A DNA stretch of 64,000 nucleotides, taken from NCBI GenBank assembly GCA_963760795.1, contig CAVXEP010000017.1:80805-144804 (forward strand), written 5' to 3'. Positions 1 to 9,077 of the stretch are shown here, piece after piece (the first letter of the stretch is position 1; every line of letters starts with the position of its first letter). Under the pieces are notes generated by a model. The model was not told the DNA's origin. It worked only from the letters and a program-made list of their open reading frames with translations, and made no database searches. Origin of the DNA: an uncultured delta proteobacterium (GTDB lineage: Bacteria; Desulfobacterota; Binatia; UBA9968). Position numbers and translations under genes: made by a program.

Positions 1-327
1 CCACAACGCCAAGGCGACATGACGGAAATCACCGCAATAGGAAGGTTTGCCCTTGACCAGGAAAGCCTGCGCCGATGGTGTGAGGAAATACTTACCGTCG
101 CGCTTTTCGATCAATGACAACGCCGGCAAGCTGTCGAGCACGATGCGCGTCGCGCGCGCGTCCGTGCCAGCTTCGCGTGCCACCGCTTCGGCGCTATCGA
201 AACCTTTGTTGATCAGCGTGAAAAAATCGTACTCCAGCGCGGCGTCCAAGATTTGGCTGTTGGCGAAATCGCCGAGTATCCGCATCAACGGACGGGGTGA
301 AATTTCTTCTTGGTTAGACTCGGCCAT
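1..327 (-). CDS. SAM-dependent O-methyltransferase (Methyltransf_2/BchU-CrtF-ASMT type), N-terminal dimerisation domain; truncated by window edge
   Basis: Not in the ORF track. Hand translation from ATG 327 is open to position 1: MAESNQEEISPRPLMRILGDFANSQILDAALEYDFFTLINKGFDSAEAVAREAGTDARATRIVLDSLPALSLIEKRDGKYFLTPSAQAFLVKGKPSYCGDF. This is the typical winged-helix dimerisation pattern. Starts 2 nt after the upstream stop. Confidence 0.8.
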   Translation of the reverse strand, partial: MAESNQEEISPRPLMRILGDFANSQILDAALEYDFFTLINKGFDSAEAVAREAGTDARATRIVLDSLPALSLIEKRDGKYFLTPSAQAFLVKGKPSYCGDFRHVALALW

Positions 328-329
328 GC

Positions 330-1126
330 TTACTCTTTGTACAGCCCTTCCTTCTTGATCTGCTGATACACACCCTCGAAGAACCAGGCGAAGTAGGCCG
401 TGCCCATGCGCATGCAATACTCCAGGTTGAAGCCAGGGCGCGTCTCGGCCTTGCCTTCGATGAGCAGGTTCTTCAAAACCATCCAGTCCAAGATCGGCAT
501 GCGCCATGATGCCGTCATGTTCTTCCAAATCGGCCTTGGCGTGGACGCGAAAGTAGACGATCTTTTCTTCGGGGAAATTATAAACCTTGCGCAGCGTCGT
601 ACCGAAGAAGCGCGCCCAATGGCCGACGGCTTCCTCGACGCAAAACGACGCCCACCACTCGACCATGGTGCCCTCGTAGAGGACGCCGCGGTAGTACTCC
701 AGGAACGCGCGGCACTCGGCGAGCATTTCGTATTCGACCATCTCATCGTCGTTGAGTCCGAAGTTGCGTCCCTGTTCGAGGACGATCTGAATATGGCCGG
801 GCGGCTTGGGATGCATCATCTCGTCGGCCACATGGGCGGCGAAATGCTTTTGCAGCTCCGGATGGCGCTTGAAAAACGGCAGAGTGGCGCTGGTAGGCGA
901 CACCGTGGAAATTATTGATCTCGGCGACAAAGCCGTGCCAGTTCTGCCAGAAGATTTTGATCGCCTCCATCGGCAGTGTGCCGTTGCCCATGTCGGTGTG
1001 GAAACGACCTTTGATCAGCCAGCGGTCGGCTATGTCGAGTAAATATTTCTTTAAGTCCGCGATCACTGCGTCGGCTTCCTGCGGCGAAAGTTTTTTCCCG
1101 GAAAAATCCTGTCTGCCTAGTCCCAT
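330..1126 (-). CDS. Haem-oxygenase-like diiron protein (PqqC/CADD/TenA superfamily), split by frameshifts
   Basis: Joining frames gives MGLGRQ...NWHGFVAEINNF...ADEMMHPKPPGH...CVEEAVGHW...YFRVHAKADLEEH...KEGLYKE. The E..H / E / H-x3-D..H ligand pattern resembles CADD/PqqC. RBS AAGGAGG lies upstream of 1126. Confidence 0.65.
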
Positions 1127-1185
1127 AATCCCCTCCTTAATTTAGCTCTGCCGATACCAATCTTTCCCGATTTCTGTTTCCGACG

Positions 1186-1215
1186 TTGAACCTTTGAACG
1201 CTTGAACCTTGAACG
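1186..1215. repeat. Intergenic short tandem repeat TTGAAC(C/G)n x4
   Basis: ttgaacct-ttgaacgc-ttgaacc-ttgaacg, immediately after the FAD oxidase stop. Confidence 0.8.
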
Positions 1216-1218
1216 AAA

Positions 1219-2704
1219 TCAGAAAAGCGCCCCCGGGTTGAGAATATTATTCGGATCGACCAATTGTTTGATCTCTTTGACGACATCATAAAGGCTGCCG
1301 AGTCTATTATAGGGCACCGGCCCCTTGGTGCTCAGAGTCGGCGCCGTCCAGACCACGCCGCGTTCGTTGCTGAACTGCGTCACCATGCCCATCCACTTGC
1401 GCAGCCGGCCGACGTCTTCGTCGTCATAGGGATTATAGAAAGTAAAATACTCTTCTTTGATGGCGAAATCGCGGGTGACGTAGCTATCGTGCTGCGGCGA
1501 GTGCTCGGCGTCCCAGATGCCGCATTCGCGCTTGGCCGCTTCGTCGAGGTCGTACATTTCTTTCAAAAATCGCAGCGGATACATTTTCGAGGTCACTGCG
1601 AACATGCCGGTATGGCGCACCACCGTACCGCACCAACCGTCCGGCCCCATGATATGCCAGTCGGGCCAGCCATGCAGACCCAGCTCCTGCGCCTTCGCCC
1701 CCATCGCTTTGTCGGCGATCTCCGGCACGTCGACGCCGCCGGCGCTTTCATACACCCGCCGCATGCGCTTTTCTTTGAACGCCAGCTCTTCAGCGTCACG
1801 CGCCATGACAACGGTTTTCAGAAAAAACCAGCCGTCGTCGGGAATCTTGTTTTTGTCGTACAGCCCCTCTGCCATCGGCCAGTGATACTGCCAGCGGTCG
1901 GTGAAATGGATGTCGTAGACGACTTCGCCTCGGACTAATTCAACCAGGGAATCCTGCACCTGTTGGAGTTGATCGCGGCGGAACACGTAGCAGTAATCAT
2001 GCAGCCATTCGCGCTGGCATTGAATCGCGCGTAGACAGACTTTGCTGATGATCCCCATGGAGCCGGCGGCGAGGGTAAACAGACCCAACAGATCCGGCAG
2101 GTGAATCCATTTTTGAAACGGCCCGAAGGTCGTGCCTTGATTGGCCAGCGCGCCCAGGCGAATGGTTTCGCCGTTGGCGAGAATGACTTCCAAGCCGAGC
2201 ACCATATCGGCGATCCAGCCGTAGCGGGTCATGCCATAGCCGATACCGCCTTTGTTGATCATCGCACCGATAACCACCGCCGGCCCGTAGGTGCCGAAGT
2301 TGGGCAGCATCAAGCCATGCTGGCGCAGCGCATGATGAATCGCGTACACACTGGCACCGCCCTCGGCAATCACGTACTGCATCGTGCGAATTCACTTCGA
2401 GGATCTTGTCCATGCCGAGCATGTCGAGCAAGACGCCGCCTTTGAGCGGCGAGCTGATGCCCATGCCGACGCCGCCCTTGGCGACGATGGGAATCTTATG
2501 CTCGTTGGCGAATCTCAAAATGTCGGCAACCTTGTGATTGCCTTGGGCGTCGGACTCGATGCGCACGATCACGTCTGGCAGCGCCCGGTAAGCACCGTAG
2601 GCCAGGGTGTGCTGATAATTAATCTTGTCTATCGGGTTAGTCGAAACCCGCCGTGGCCCGACGATCTCAGTCAGCTTGGCGATGATCTCGTCGAGGGAAA
2701 GCAT
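1219..2704 (-). CDS. FAD-binding oxidoreductase (GlcD/D-lactate dehydrogenase/VAO family), one frameshift near 2384
   Basis: N-part (ORF 1997..2704): PDVIVR...IPIVAKGG...GGVLLDMLGMDKILEV. C-part (ORF 1219..2382): YGWIADMVLGLEVILANGE...GSMGIISK...IKQLVDPNNILNPG. Confidence 0.85.
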
Positions 2705-2722
2705 AGAAATGGGAATTTAAGG

Positions 2723-2799
2723 CAAAATGCAAATATCAAAATGAAACACTGCGGTTCACAGGAGCTGGCTTGAGACTGCAATTCACATTTTGCATTGTC
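2723..2799. repeat. Heptamer-repeat imperfect inverted element (CAAAATG-type units facing CATTTTG-type units)
   Basis: caaaatg-caaatat-caaaatg-aaacact at 2723-2750 and caattca-cattttg-cattgtc at 2779-2799, between the SDR and FAD oxidase genes. Confidence 0.55.
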
Positions 2800-2807
2800 G
2801 CTTGGAC

Positions 2808-3581
2808 TTAAAGCTGCAGATGGCTGCCGCCGGTGATGAGAATATGGCTGCCGGTCAGCATGCTGGCCTCATCGCCGGCGAGAAATGCGATCGCGCCGGC
2901 GACATCTTCCGGGTAGAGATGCTTTTTCAGTGGCCGGGTTTCTTTGACACGCTCGCGGAATGCCTCCGGCATGATCATCGAAGCATCGGTCAGCGTGAAC
3001 GCGGGAGTTACGACATTGACGGCAATCCCCAGCGGGCCGAGCTCAATAGCCATCGTGTTGGCCATCGATTCCAACGCCGATTTGGCCGCCGCGTAGGCGC
3101 CCATGCGCGGCAACGGTTGCTGCGCCAAGCGGGTGCTGACAACGATGATCTTGCCGGCCTTTTTCTCTTTCATATCCGGCAAGCAGGCTTGCACACAGTG
3201 ATAAAACGCCGACAGTTCATGGTCGATCGCCTGGTGAAACTTTTCCCAGGCGATTTCATGCAGCGGGCTAACTTGAAATGGAAAGTAAGCATTATTGACC
3301 AGCACGTCGATGGCGCCGAGTTTATCTTTGACAGCGTTGACCATCGAATCGATCTGCACCCGCTGCGTGACATCGGCCTGAAAGATCATGCCGCGGGCGC
3401 CGGCGGCTTCCACTTGGCCAAGAACCTTTTGCGCCGCTTGCTGGTTTTGATGGTAATTGACGACCACCGCCGCGCCGCCCTGGGCTAGTCGAATCGCTGC
3501 CGCCGCGCCGATGCCCCGGCTCGCGCCGGTAACCAGCGCGATTTTGCCATGAAGTGTGGGGAGCTTTTTCTCTTCTGCCAT
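2808..3581 (-). CDS. Short-chain dehydrogenase/reductase (FabG-like)
   Basis: TGASRGIG Rossmann motif, LVNNA, YAAAK catalytic YxxxK. Confidence 0.92.
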   Translation of the reverse strand: MAEEKKLPTLHGKIALVTGASRGIGAAAAIRLAQGGAAVVVNYHQNQQAAQKVLGQVEAAGARGMIFQADVTQRVQIDSMVNAVKDKLGAIDVLVNNAYFPFQVSPLHEIAWEKFHQAIDHELSAFYHCVQACLPDMKEKKAGKIIVVSTRLAQQPLPRMGAYAAAKSALESMANTMAIELGPLGIAVNVVTPAFTLTDASMIMPEAFRERVKETRPLKKHLYPEDVAGAIAFLAGDEASMLTGSHILITGGSHLQL

Positions 3582-3593
3582 GGCCCGGCCAGA

Positions 3594-5075
3594 CTAGATC
3601 GCGACCTTATCTTCCGCCGCGCCCTTTTCGTATTTGGCGGCGTTGTTTTTGAACGATTCGAATTTCATCCGCACGTAAGGCGAGGTGTAGCCATTCAAGA
3701 TGCGCTCGATGCGGCCCGGCTTGCTGTAAAAAGACTGAAAGGCCCAGCCCGTCAACTCACCCAACTGCTGGCGCGTCAGGTGCTTAGTCGGCATGACGCT
3801 ATGCTCCAAATCGTAAAGACTCAGATTGTCGACTTCGATGATGTTGTTCTTCACCGCCGCTTTGTAGATCGGCGAGCCGGGGATCGGATTGAGCACTTGA
3901 ATCATGACGATATCAGGATCGATTTCGTCGACCGCTTTGGCGCGCTGGCGAACCTTCGCTTCGTCGTCCTCCCAAAAGCCGTTGAGATAGGTCGAGATGG
4001 TGGAAATATCGTTCTTGCGCAGGAACTGAATTAGTTCTTTCAACTCTTTGACACCGACTTTCATCGGTCCCTTGCGCGCTTCGGCGATCTCTTCGTCCGT
4101 GCCGCCGTCGATGCCGATCAACACTTGATACAAACCGACTTTGCGCAGCCGCGGCACCAGGTCCATGTCGCGAATCAAGTTCTGCGCCCGGCTGAGCATG
4201 AACCAGCTCATGTCTAACTTTTTCTCTTCCAACGCTTCGACCAAGTCGACCATTTTCTGCCGGTCGGAGTTGAAGTCATCGTCCATGAAGGTCAGCGCTT
4301 TGACGCCGTAGGTCTTGTTTAACAGTTCCATTTCATCGGCGACTCGCTTGCCGCCTTTAGTGCGGTGCGAGCTGAAATCCCGTGGATTGCGCTGGTCGAC
4401 CAGCCACCACTCGTAGCAGAAATGACAAGCACCCTCGCATCCCCGAGAAGTCACCGATTCGTTGTAATTGGGTATCACCGAATAACCATAATACTTGTCC
4501 ATCGGAAACAAATCGTAGGCTGGCAGGGGCAGGTCATCGAGATTGGCAATTACTGGCCGCGGCGGGGTCAGCACCACCTCGCCATTCTTTCGGTATGCCA
4601 AGCCCTTAATAGCGCTGAAATCAGGCGCAGGTTTTTTCAGTTCCTCCAACAACTCCCCAACCGCATGTTCATTGTCGGCAAACACCCCGACAATCGCGAA
4701 GTCGAGTTGCGGATTATCGGTCATGATCTTCTGCGGCACCGCGGTGTACATCAAACCGCCGCCGATGGTGACGGTTTGCGGAGCGATTTCCTTGATTTTT
4801 TGCATCGCCGCATGAAAGCGGTTGAGCGTCGCGGCGCCGCCCGCCGCGGCGATCATGGCGCCGAAGAACACCGCATCCGGCCGCTGCCGCTTCACCTCGT
4901 CGATCATCTGGTCGTCGTTCAACCCCAGCGCGCGGCAGTCGAGGACCGCCACCTCCGCGGCTTTTTTCTCGCGGATAAATGCCGCGACCTGGGCGTGCAA
5001 CGAGTTGACGGCCAAATGACGGTCGCCCCACGGCGCCCAGTTGCCCATAGGGGGCGTGATAAAGAGGAGTTTCAT
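3594..5075 (-). CDS. Cobalamin-binding radical SAM enzyme (BchE-related family)
   Basis: N-terminal B12-binding-like domain (VAVLDC...RPDAVFFG...TIGGG), SRGCEGACHFC CxxxCxxC motif, FMDDDF, PIPGSPIY. Start placed at ATG 5075 with AGGAG RBS. Confidence 0.9.
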   Translation of the reverse strand: MKLLFITPPMGNWAPWGDRHLAVNSLHAQVAAFIREKKAAEVAVLDCRALGLNDDQMIDEVKRQRPDAVFFGAMIAAAGGAATLNRFHAAMQKIKEIAPQTVTIGGGLMYTAVPQKIMTDNPQLDFAIVGVFADNEHAVGELLEELKKPAPDFSAIKGLAYRKNGEVVLTPPRPVIANLDDLPLPAYDLFPMDKYYGYSVIPNYNESVTSRGCEGACHFCYEWWLVDQRNPRDFSSHRTKGGKRVADEMELLNKTYGVKALTFMDDDFNSDRQKMVDLVEALEEKKLDMSWFMLSRAQNLIRDMDLVPRLRKVGLYQVLIGIDGGTDEEIAEARKGPMKVGVKELKELIQFLRKNDISTISTYLNGFWEDDEAKVRQRAKAVDEIDPDIVMIQVLNPIPGSPIYKAAVKNNIIEVDNLSLYDLEHSVMPTKHLTRQQLGELTGWAFQSFYSKPGRIERILNGYTSPYVRMKFESFKNNAAKYEKGAAEDKVAI

Positions 5076-5110
5076 GTTATCTCCTGGTACCGGCGGGATT
5101 AGTTTCAATC

Positions 5111-5139
5111 AAAGTATTTAATAGGTTAACGATTGTCAA
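5111..5139 (-). promoter_or_regulatory. Sigma70-type promoter of the radical SAM operon
   Basis: Minus strand TTGACA-17 nt-TACTTT, about 35 nt upstream of ATG 5075. Confidence 0.6.
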
Positions 5140-5217
5140 GATGAGCCGCCGAGAGTATCGGCGACGGACGGTTAAATCCTCGATAGAAATATTGGCTAAC
5201 TGGAGATCATTAATCAG

Positions 5218-5246
5218 TTGACAACCTCCGACCCTTTTGGTACTGC
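5218..5246 (+). promoter_or_regulatory. Possible sigma70 promoter for the ABC permease
   Basis: TTGACA-17 nt-TACTGC with TG extended -10; the last -10 base is non-consensus. Confidence 0.4.
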
Positions 5247-5304
5247 TGCCGAAGCTAGGCGTCGGTAACAAGAACTTAATAGAAACCCCACAAAGGAGAC
5301 CGTT

Positions 5305-6150
5305 ATGGCTCAAGGCGTGCAACAAGAAGAACAATTAATGGATATACGCGTCGCTGAATCGTCGGCGGCGTATAAGTTTTATCTCAATCAGGAAAAAAAG
5401 ATTCTCGGTAGTTCCGCGGTGATTCTTTTCCTGTTGACTTGGGAGACCATCGGCAACTGGGCTGGACTTATTAACCCGATGTTCATGAGTGCGCCTTCGC
5501 TGGTGGGCAAGGCGGCCTGGCAAATGTTTGCCTCTGGGGAGATTTACAACGATCTCTATATCAGCGGCATTGAGTTCTTCTGGGGCTACCTTCTGTCTGT
5601 CATTTTTGCGATCCCCTTCGGCATCGCCATCGGCTGGTACAAGCGTTTCGCATACGTTTGCGATCCCTTTGTCAACGCCATGAATGCCACACCACGCGTT
5701 GCCCTGTTACCACTGGTCATCATCTGGCTGGGCATCGGCATCCTGTCCAAGGTCGGCATCATCTTTTTGGGCGCGGTGTTTCCGCTGCTGATCAACACCC
5801 GTGACGGTGTCAAAACCACTCCGGCAAACTTGCTCACTGCCGCCAGAAGCTTTGGCGCGTCGGAATGGCAGATCTTCAAATCCGTCGTATTGCCGTCCAC
5901 CGTGCCGTTCATTCTGACCGGCTTACGCCTTGCCGTCGGCCGCGCACTCATCGGTGTCATGGTCGGCGAGCTTTACGCCGCAACCGCCGGCATCGGCTTC
6001 ATGATTACGGTCGCCGGCGCGACCTTCCAAACCGATAAAGTTTTCGTCGGCGTCTTGATTTTCGCCATCAGCGGTATGACCCTGACCGAAGTCATCGACC
6101 GTTACGAACGTCGGTTCGACAAGTGGCGTCCCAAAGTCGGCGCTGAATAA
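5305..6150 (+). CDS. ABC transporter permease, NitT/TauT (SsuC/TauC) family
   Basis: Multiple TM helices, TPRVALLPL, EAA-loop-like LLTAARSFGAS...VVLPSTVPFILTGLR, VGEL; AAGGAG RBS. Confidence 0.92.
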   Translation: MAQGVQQEEQLMDIRVAESSAAYKFYLNQEKKILGSSAVILFLLTWETIGNWAGLINPMFMSAPSLVGKAAWQMFASGEIYNDLYISGIEFFWGYLLSVIFAIPFGIAIGWYKRFAYVCDPFVNAMNATPRVALLPLVIIWLGIGILSKVGIIFLGAVFPLLINTRDGVKTTPANLLTAARSFGASEWQIFKSVVLPSTVPFILTGLRLAVGRALIGVMVGELYAATAGIGFMITVAGATFQTDKVFVGVLIFAISGMTLTEVIDRYERRFDKWRPKVGAE

Positions 6151-6180
6151 GAGAGATCCGACATTAACCGGCTTTAATCC

Positions 6181-6217
6181 AAAATGGCGCTTGGCACTAC
6201 CAAGCGCCATTTTTTTT
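6181..6217 (+). terminator. Rho-independent terminator
   Basis: aaaatggcgcttgg-cacta-ccaagcgccatttt, 14-bp stem running into a T8 tract. Confidence 0.85.
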
Positions 6218-6332
6218 GCCCGACTGGTTTATGAGGTAATAGAGATACCTCGCCAATGACGTTGCCTCGCCGCAGTATTTTCTATACGATCCCCGCACTT
6301 CTCCCAGCTCAGTCAAAATCGATGGAGGCCCG

Positions 6333-9056
6333 ATGCGCAGACTCGGCGGCGTGACAATATTAATATTTGTTCTTGTCGTAATGTTCTTTCGCCAGGCAAT
6401 CGGGCTGTATGTCGATTGGTTGTGGTTCCAGGACGTTGGCTACGGCCCGCTCTTTGGAACGATCTTATTTTATAAGTTCGCACTTGGCGCTTCTGCCGGC
6501 ACGCTTCTCGCGTTGCTCATTTACGTCAATTTGAAGATCGCCTCTTCGTCAACGGGCGGATTTCGCTACTCCAGCGCGGAAAACATTATCGAGCTGCCGC
6601 CACCGGAACTGATCGATCCAATTCTTAAGCGGCTGCTTCTGCCCGGCGCCCTGCTCGTCGGCCTCATGGCCGCGCCCCAAGGGGCGGCCAATTGGGAACA
6701 ACTCTCGCTGTTTGTCAACTCGACATCGTTCAATCTGCAAGATCCCCAGTTTGGCCGCGATGTCGGTTTTTATGTGTTTGTTTTGCCCTGGCTGCAAATT
6801 GTCTATCACTGGGCGATTTTCGCCATCGGTGTCACCGCGGTTGCCAGCGCCGCTGTCTACTTGGTCTATCGGGGCATTGAGTACACAGCACGCGGCCTTT
6901 TTCTCGGCGAACGCGCGCGCAGTCATCTGTTGATCTTGTTGGGTTTGTTTCTATTGATCAAAGCCTGCGGTTACTACCTAGACGCCTTCGATCTGTTGCA
7001 TTCGCCGCGCGGCGTTTCCTTCGGCGCGAGCTATGCCGACATCTATGGCACCCTTCCAGCGCTCCGCGTGCTGACGTTTCTGGCACTCATTGCGGCGGCG
7101 CTCTGCTTTGTGCAGATAGCCCGCACCGGCTATAAATTCGTCTTCCTCGGCGTTGGCGCCTTGGTGGCAGTCCACTTATTGGGTCTCAATGCTTATCCGA
7201 CGCTCTTGCAACGCTTCCGTGTCACGCCCAATGAAATCGAGGCGGAACGGTCGTTCATCGAGCGCACCATTAAATTCACCCGGCTCGCCTTTGGCCTGGA
7301 TAAGATTGAAACCAAGGAGTTTCCCGCCGATGAGCAGTTAACAGCCGCCGACTTGAAGCGCAATGAATCGACCATCAGTAATATCCGCCTATGGGACCAT
7401 CGGCCGCTCCTGACCAGCTACGCCCAGCTCCAGGAGATCCGGCCTTATTACAAGTTCATCGATGTCGACAATGACCGTTACATCATCGACGGCACCTTTC
7501 GGCAGGTGATGTTGTCCGCTCGCGAGCTGTCACATCGCCATTTGCAAAGTCAAAACTGGATCAACGAGCATCTGACTTTCACCCATGGCCATGGCGTGGT
7601 CTTTGGACCGGTGAATCAGGTGACCTCCAGTGGTCAGCCCGAGTTTTTCATCAAAGATATTCCGCCGCTGGCGACCACTTCGCTGAAAATCACCCGCCCC
7701 GAGATCTACTACGGCGAACTCGCCAATGAGTATGTACTCGTCCAGACCAAATCCCAGGAATTGGACTACCCCTCTGGCGATCAGAATATATACACCACAT
7801 ACAAAGGAAAAGGCGGCGTGGCGATCGGCAGCTTCTGGCGCAAGTTGGTTTTCGCGGCGCACCATACGTCCATGCGCATCCTGCTATCCCAGGATCTCAC
7901 CGGCGAAAGCCGGATACTTTTCCATCAGAAGATCCAGGAGCGGGTGAAGAAAATCGCGCCGTTTGTCACCTTCGATACTGACGCCTATATCGTCATCGCC
8001 CAAGGCGGCAGGTTATTCTGGATTATTGACGGCTATACCAATTCGGCCCGCTATCCCTATTCCGCACCACTGAGCCGGCAAGGGATGAATTATATTCGCA
8101 ACTCCGTCAAGGCGGTCGTCGACGCCTATAACGGCACGGTGGAATTTTATCTGAGCGATCCAGCGGATCCGATCATTCAGTCGTTCGCCAAGACTTTCCC
8201 GCAAGTGTTTAAACCTCTCGAAACCATGCCCGAGGATCTGCGCGCCCATGTGCGTTATCCCCAGGATCTCTTCACGATCCAAGCCCATGTCTATGCCACC
8301 TACCATATGCAGGACCCACAGGTCTTTTTTAACAAGGAGGATCTCCTGAGCATCCCGCGGCGCACGATAGAAGGCCGCGAGCGCGATATGGAGCCCTACT
8401 ACACGATCATGCGCCTGCCAGGAGAGGAGAAGGAAGAATTCATTCTGCTCTTACCGTTCACGCCGAATAAACGCGACAACATGCGCTCCTGGCTGGCGGC
8501 GCGCAGCGATGGAAAAAACTACGGCAAGTTAACCGCGCTGGAATTTCCCAAAGCGAAATTGGTCTATGGCCCCAAACAGATTGATGCGCGCATCGACCAG
8601 GATACCATCATCTCCCAACAATTGACGCTGTGGAGCCAGCGCGGCTCGCAGGTGCTCCGCGGCAGCCTACTCGCCATCCCCATCGAGAAGTCCTTGCTCT
8701 ACGTGCAGCCGCTCTATTTGGCCGCGGACCAAGGCTCATTGCCGGAATTGAAACGGGTAATTGTCGCCTTCGGTAACCGCATCACTATGGAAGAAACGCT
8801 CGATCAAGCCCTGCAAAGCATCTTTGGCGCTAAGCCAGCGGTGGCGCCAGAGGCGCTGCCACAGCCCGCCAGTGCAGCGGTATTGCCACCGCCCGTCAAA
8901 GGGGATCCATCGCTATCGCGCCAGGCGTTGGATCATTTCCAGCGCTCCCAGGAACTACTCAAACAAGGCAACTGGGCTGGCTATGGCGAGGAGCTGAAGA
9001 AAGTCGAGGCCCTGCTCAAAGAAATGCAAAAGGGCCGTGAGTCCGAGGCGAAATAA
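6333..9056 (+). CDS. UPF0182 family membrane protein
   Basis: YVDWLWF, DPQFGRDVGFYVFVLP, GASYAD, NIRLWD, DVDNDRY, HLTFTHG, NYIRNSVKAVVDAYNG, HVRYP, LLYVQPLY family motifs; GGAGG RBS. Confidence 0.93.
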   Translation: MRRLGGVTILIFVLVVMFFRQAIGLYVDWLWFQDVGYGPLFGTILFYKFALGASAGTLLALLIYVNLKIASSSTGGFRYSSAENIIELPPPELIDPILKRLLLPGALLVGLMAAPQGAANWEQLSLFVNSTSFNLQDPQFGRDVGFYVFVLPWLQIVYHWAIFAIGVTAVASAAVYLVYRGIEYTARGLFLGERARSHLLILLGLFLLIKACGYYLDAFDLLHSPRGVSFGASYADIYGTLPALRVLTFLALIAAALCFVQIARTGYKFVFLGVGALVAVHLLGLNAYPTLLQRFRVTPNEIEAERSFIERTIKFTRLAFGLDKIETKEFPADEQLTAADLKRNESTISNIRLWDHRPLLTSYAQLQEIRPYYKFIDVDNDRYIIDGTFRQVMLSARELSHRHLQSQNWINEHLTFTHGHGVVFGPVNQVTSSGQPEFFIKDIPPLATTSLKITRPEIYYGELANEYVLVQTKSQELDYPSGDQNIYTTYKGKGGVAIGSFWRKLVFAAHHTSMRILLSQDLTGESRILFHQKIQERVKKIAPFVTFDTDAYIVIAQGGRLFWIIDGYTNSARYPYSAPLSRQGMNYIRNSVKAVVDAYNGTVEFYLSDPADPIIQSFAKTFPQVFKPLETMPEDLRAHVRYPQDLFTIQAHVYATYHMQDPQVFFNKEDLLSIPRRTIEGRERDMEPYYTIMRLPGEEKEEFILLLPFTPNKRDNMRSWLAARSDGKNYGKLTALEFPKAKLVYGPKQIDARIDQDTIISQQLTLWSQRGSQVLRGSLLAIPIEKSLLYVQPLYLAADQGSLPELKRVIVAFGNRITMEETLDQALQSIFGAKPAVAPEALPQPASAAVLPPPVKGDPSLSRQALDHFQRSQELLKQGNWAGYGEELKKVEALLKEMQKGRESEAK

Positions 9057-9077
9057 GATCGTAGAACCACACAGCGT

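Noticed and set aside
3594-5075. Calling the radical SAM gene bchE (photosynthesis) or bzaD/E
   Set aside because: Only family-level similarity is visible; no other bch, cob or bza genes are in the window.
47-5102. Long plus-strand ORFs (400..918, 1264..1938, 2790..3488, 4365..5102 and similar shadows throughout the window)
   Set aside because: They are antisense shadows of well-supported genes in GC-rich DNA and have no recognisable motifs.
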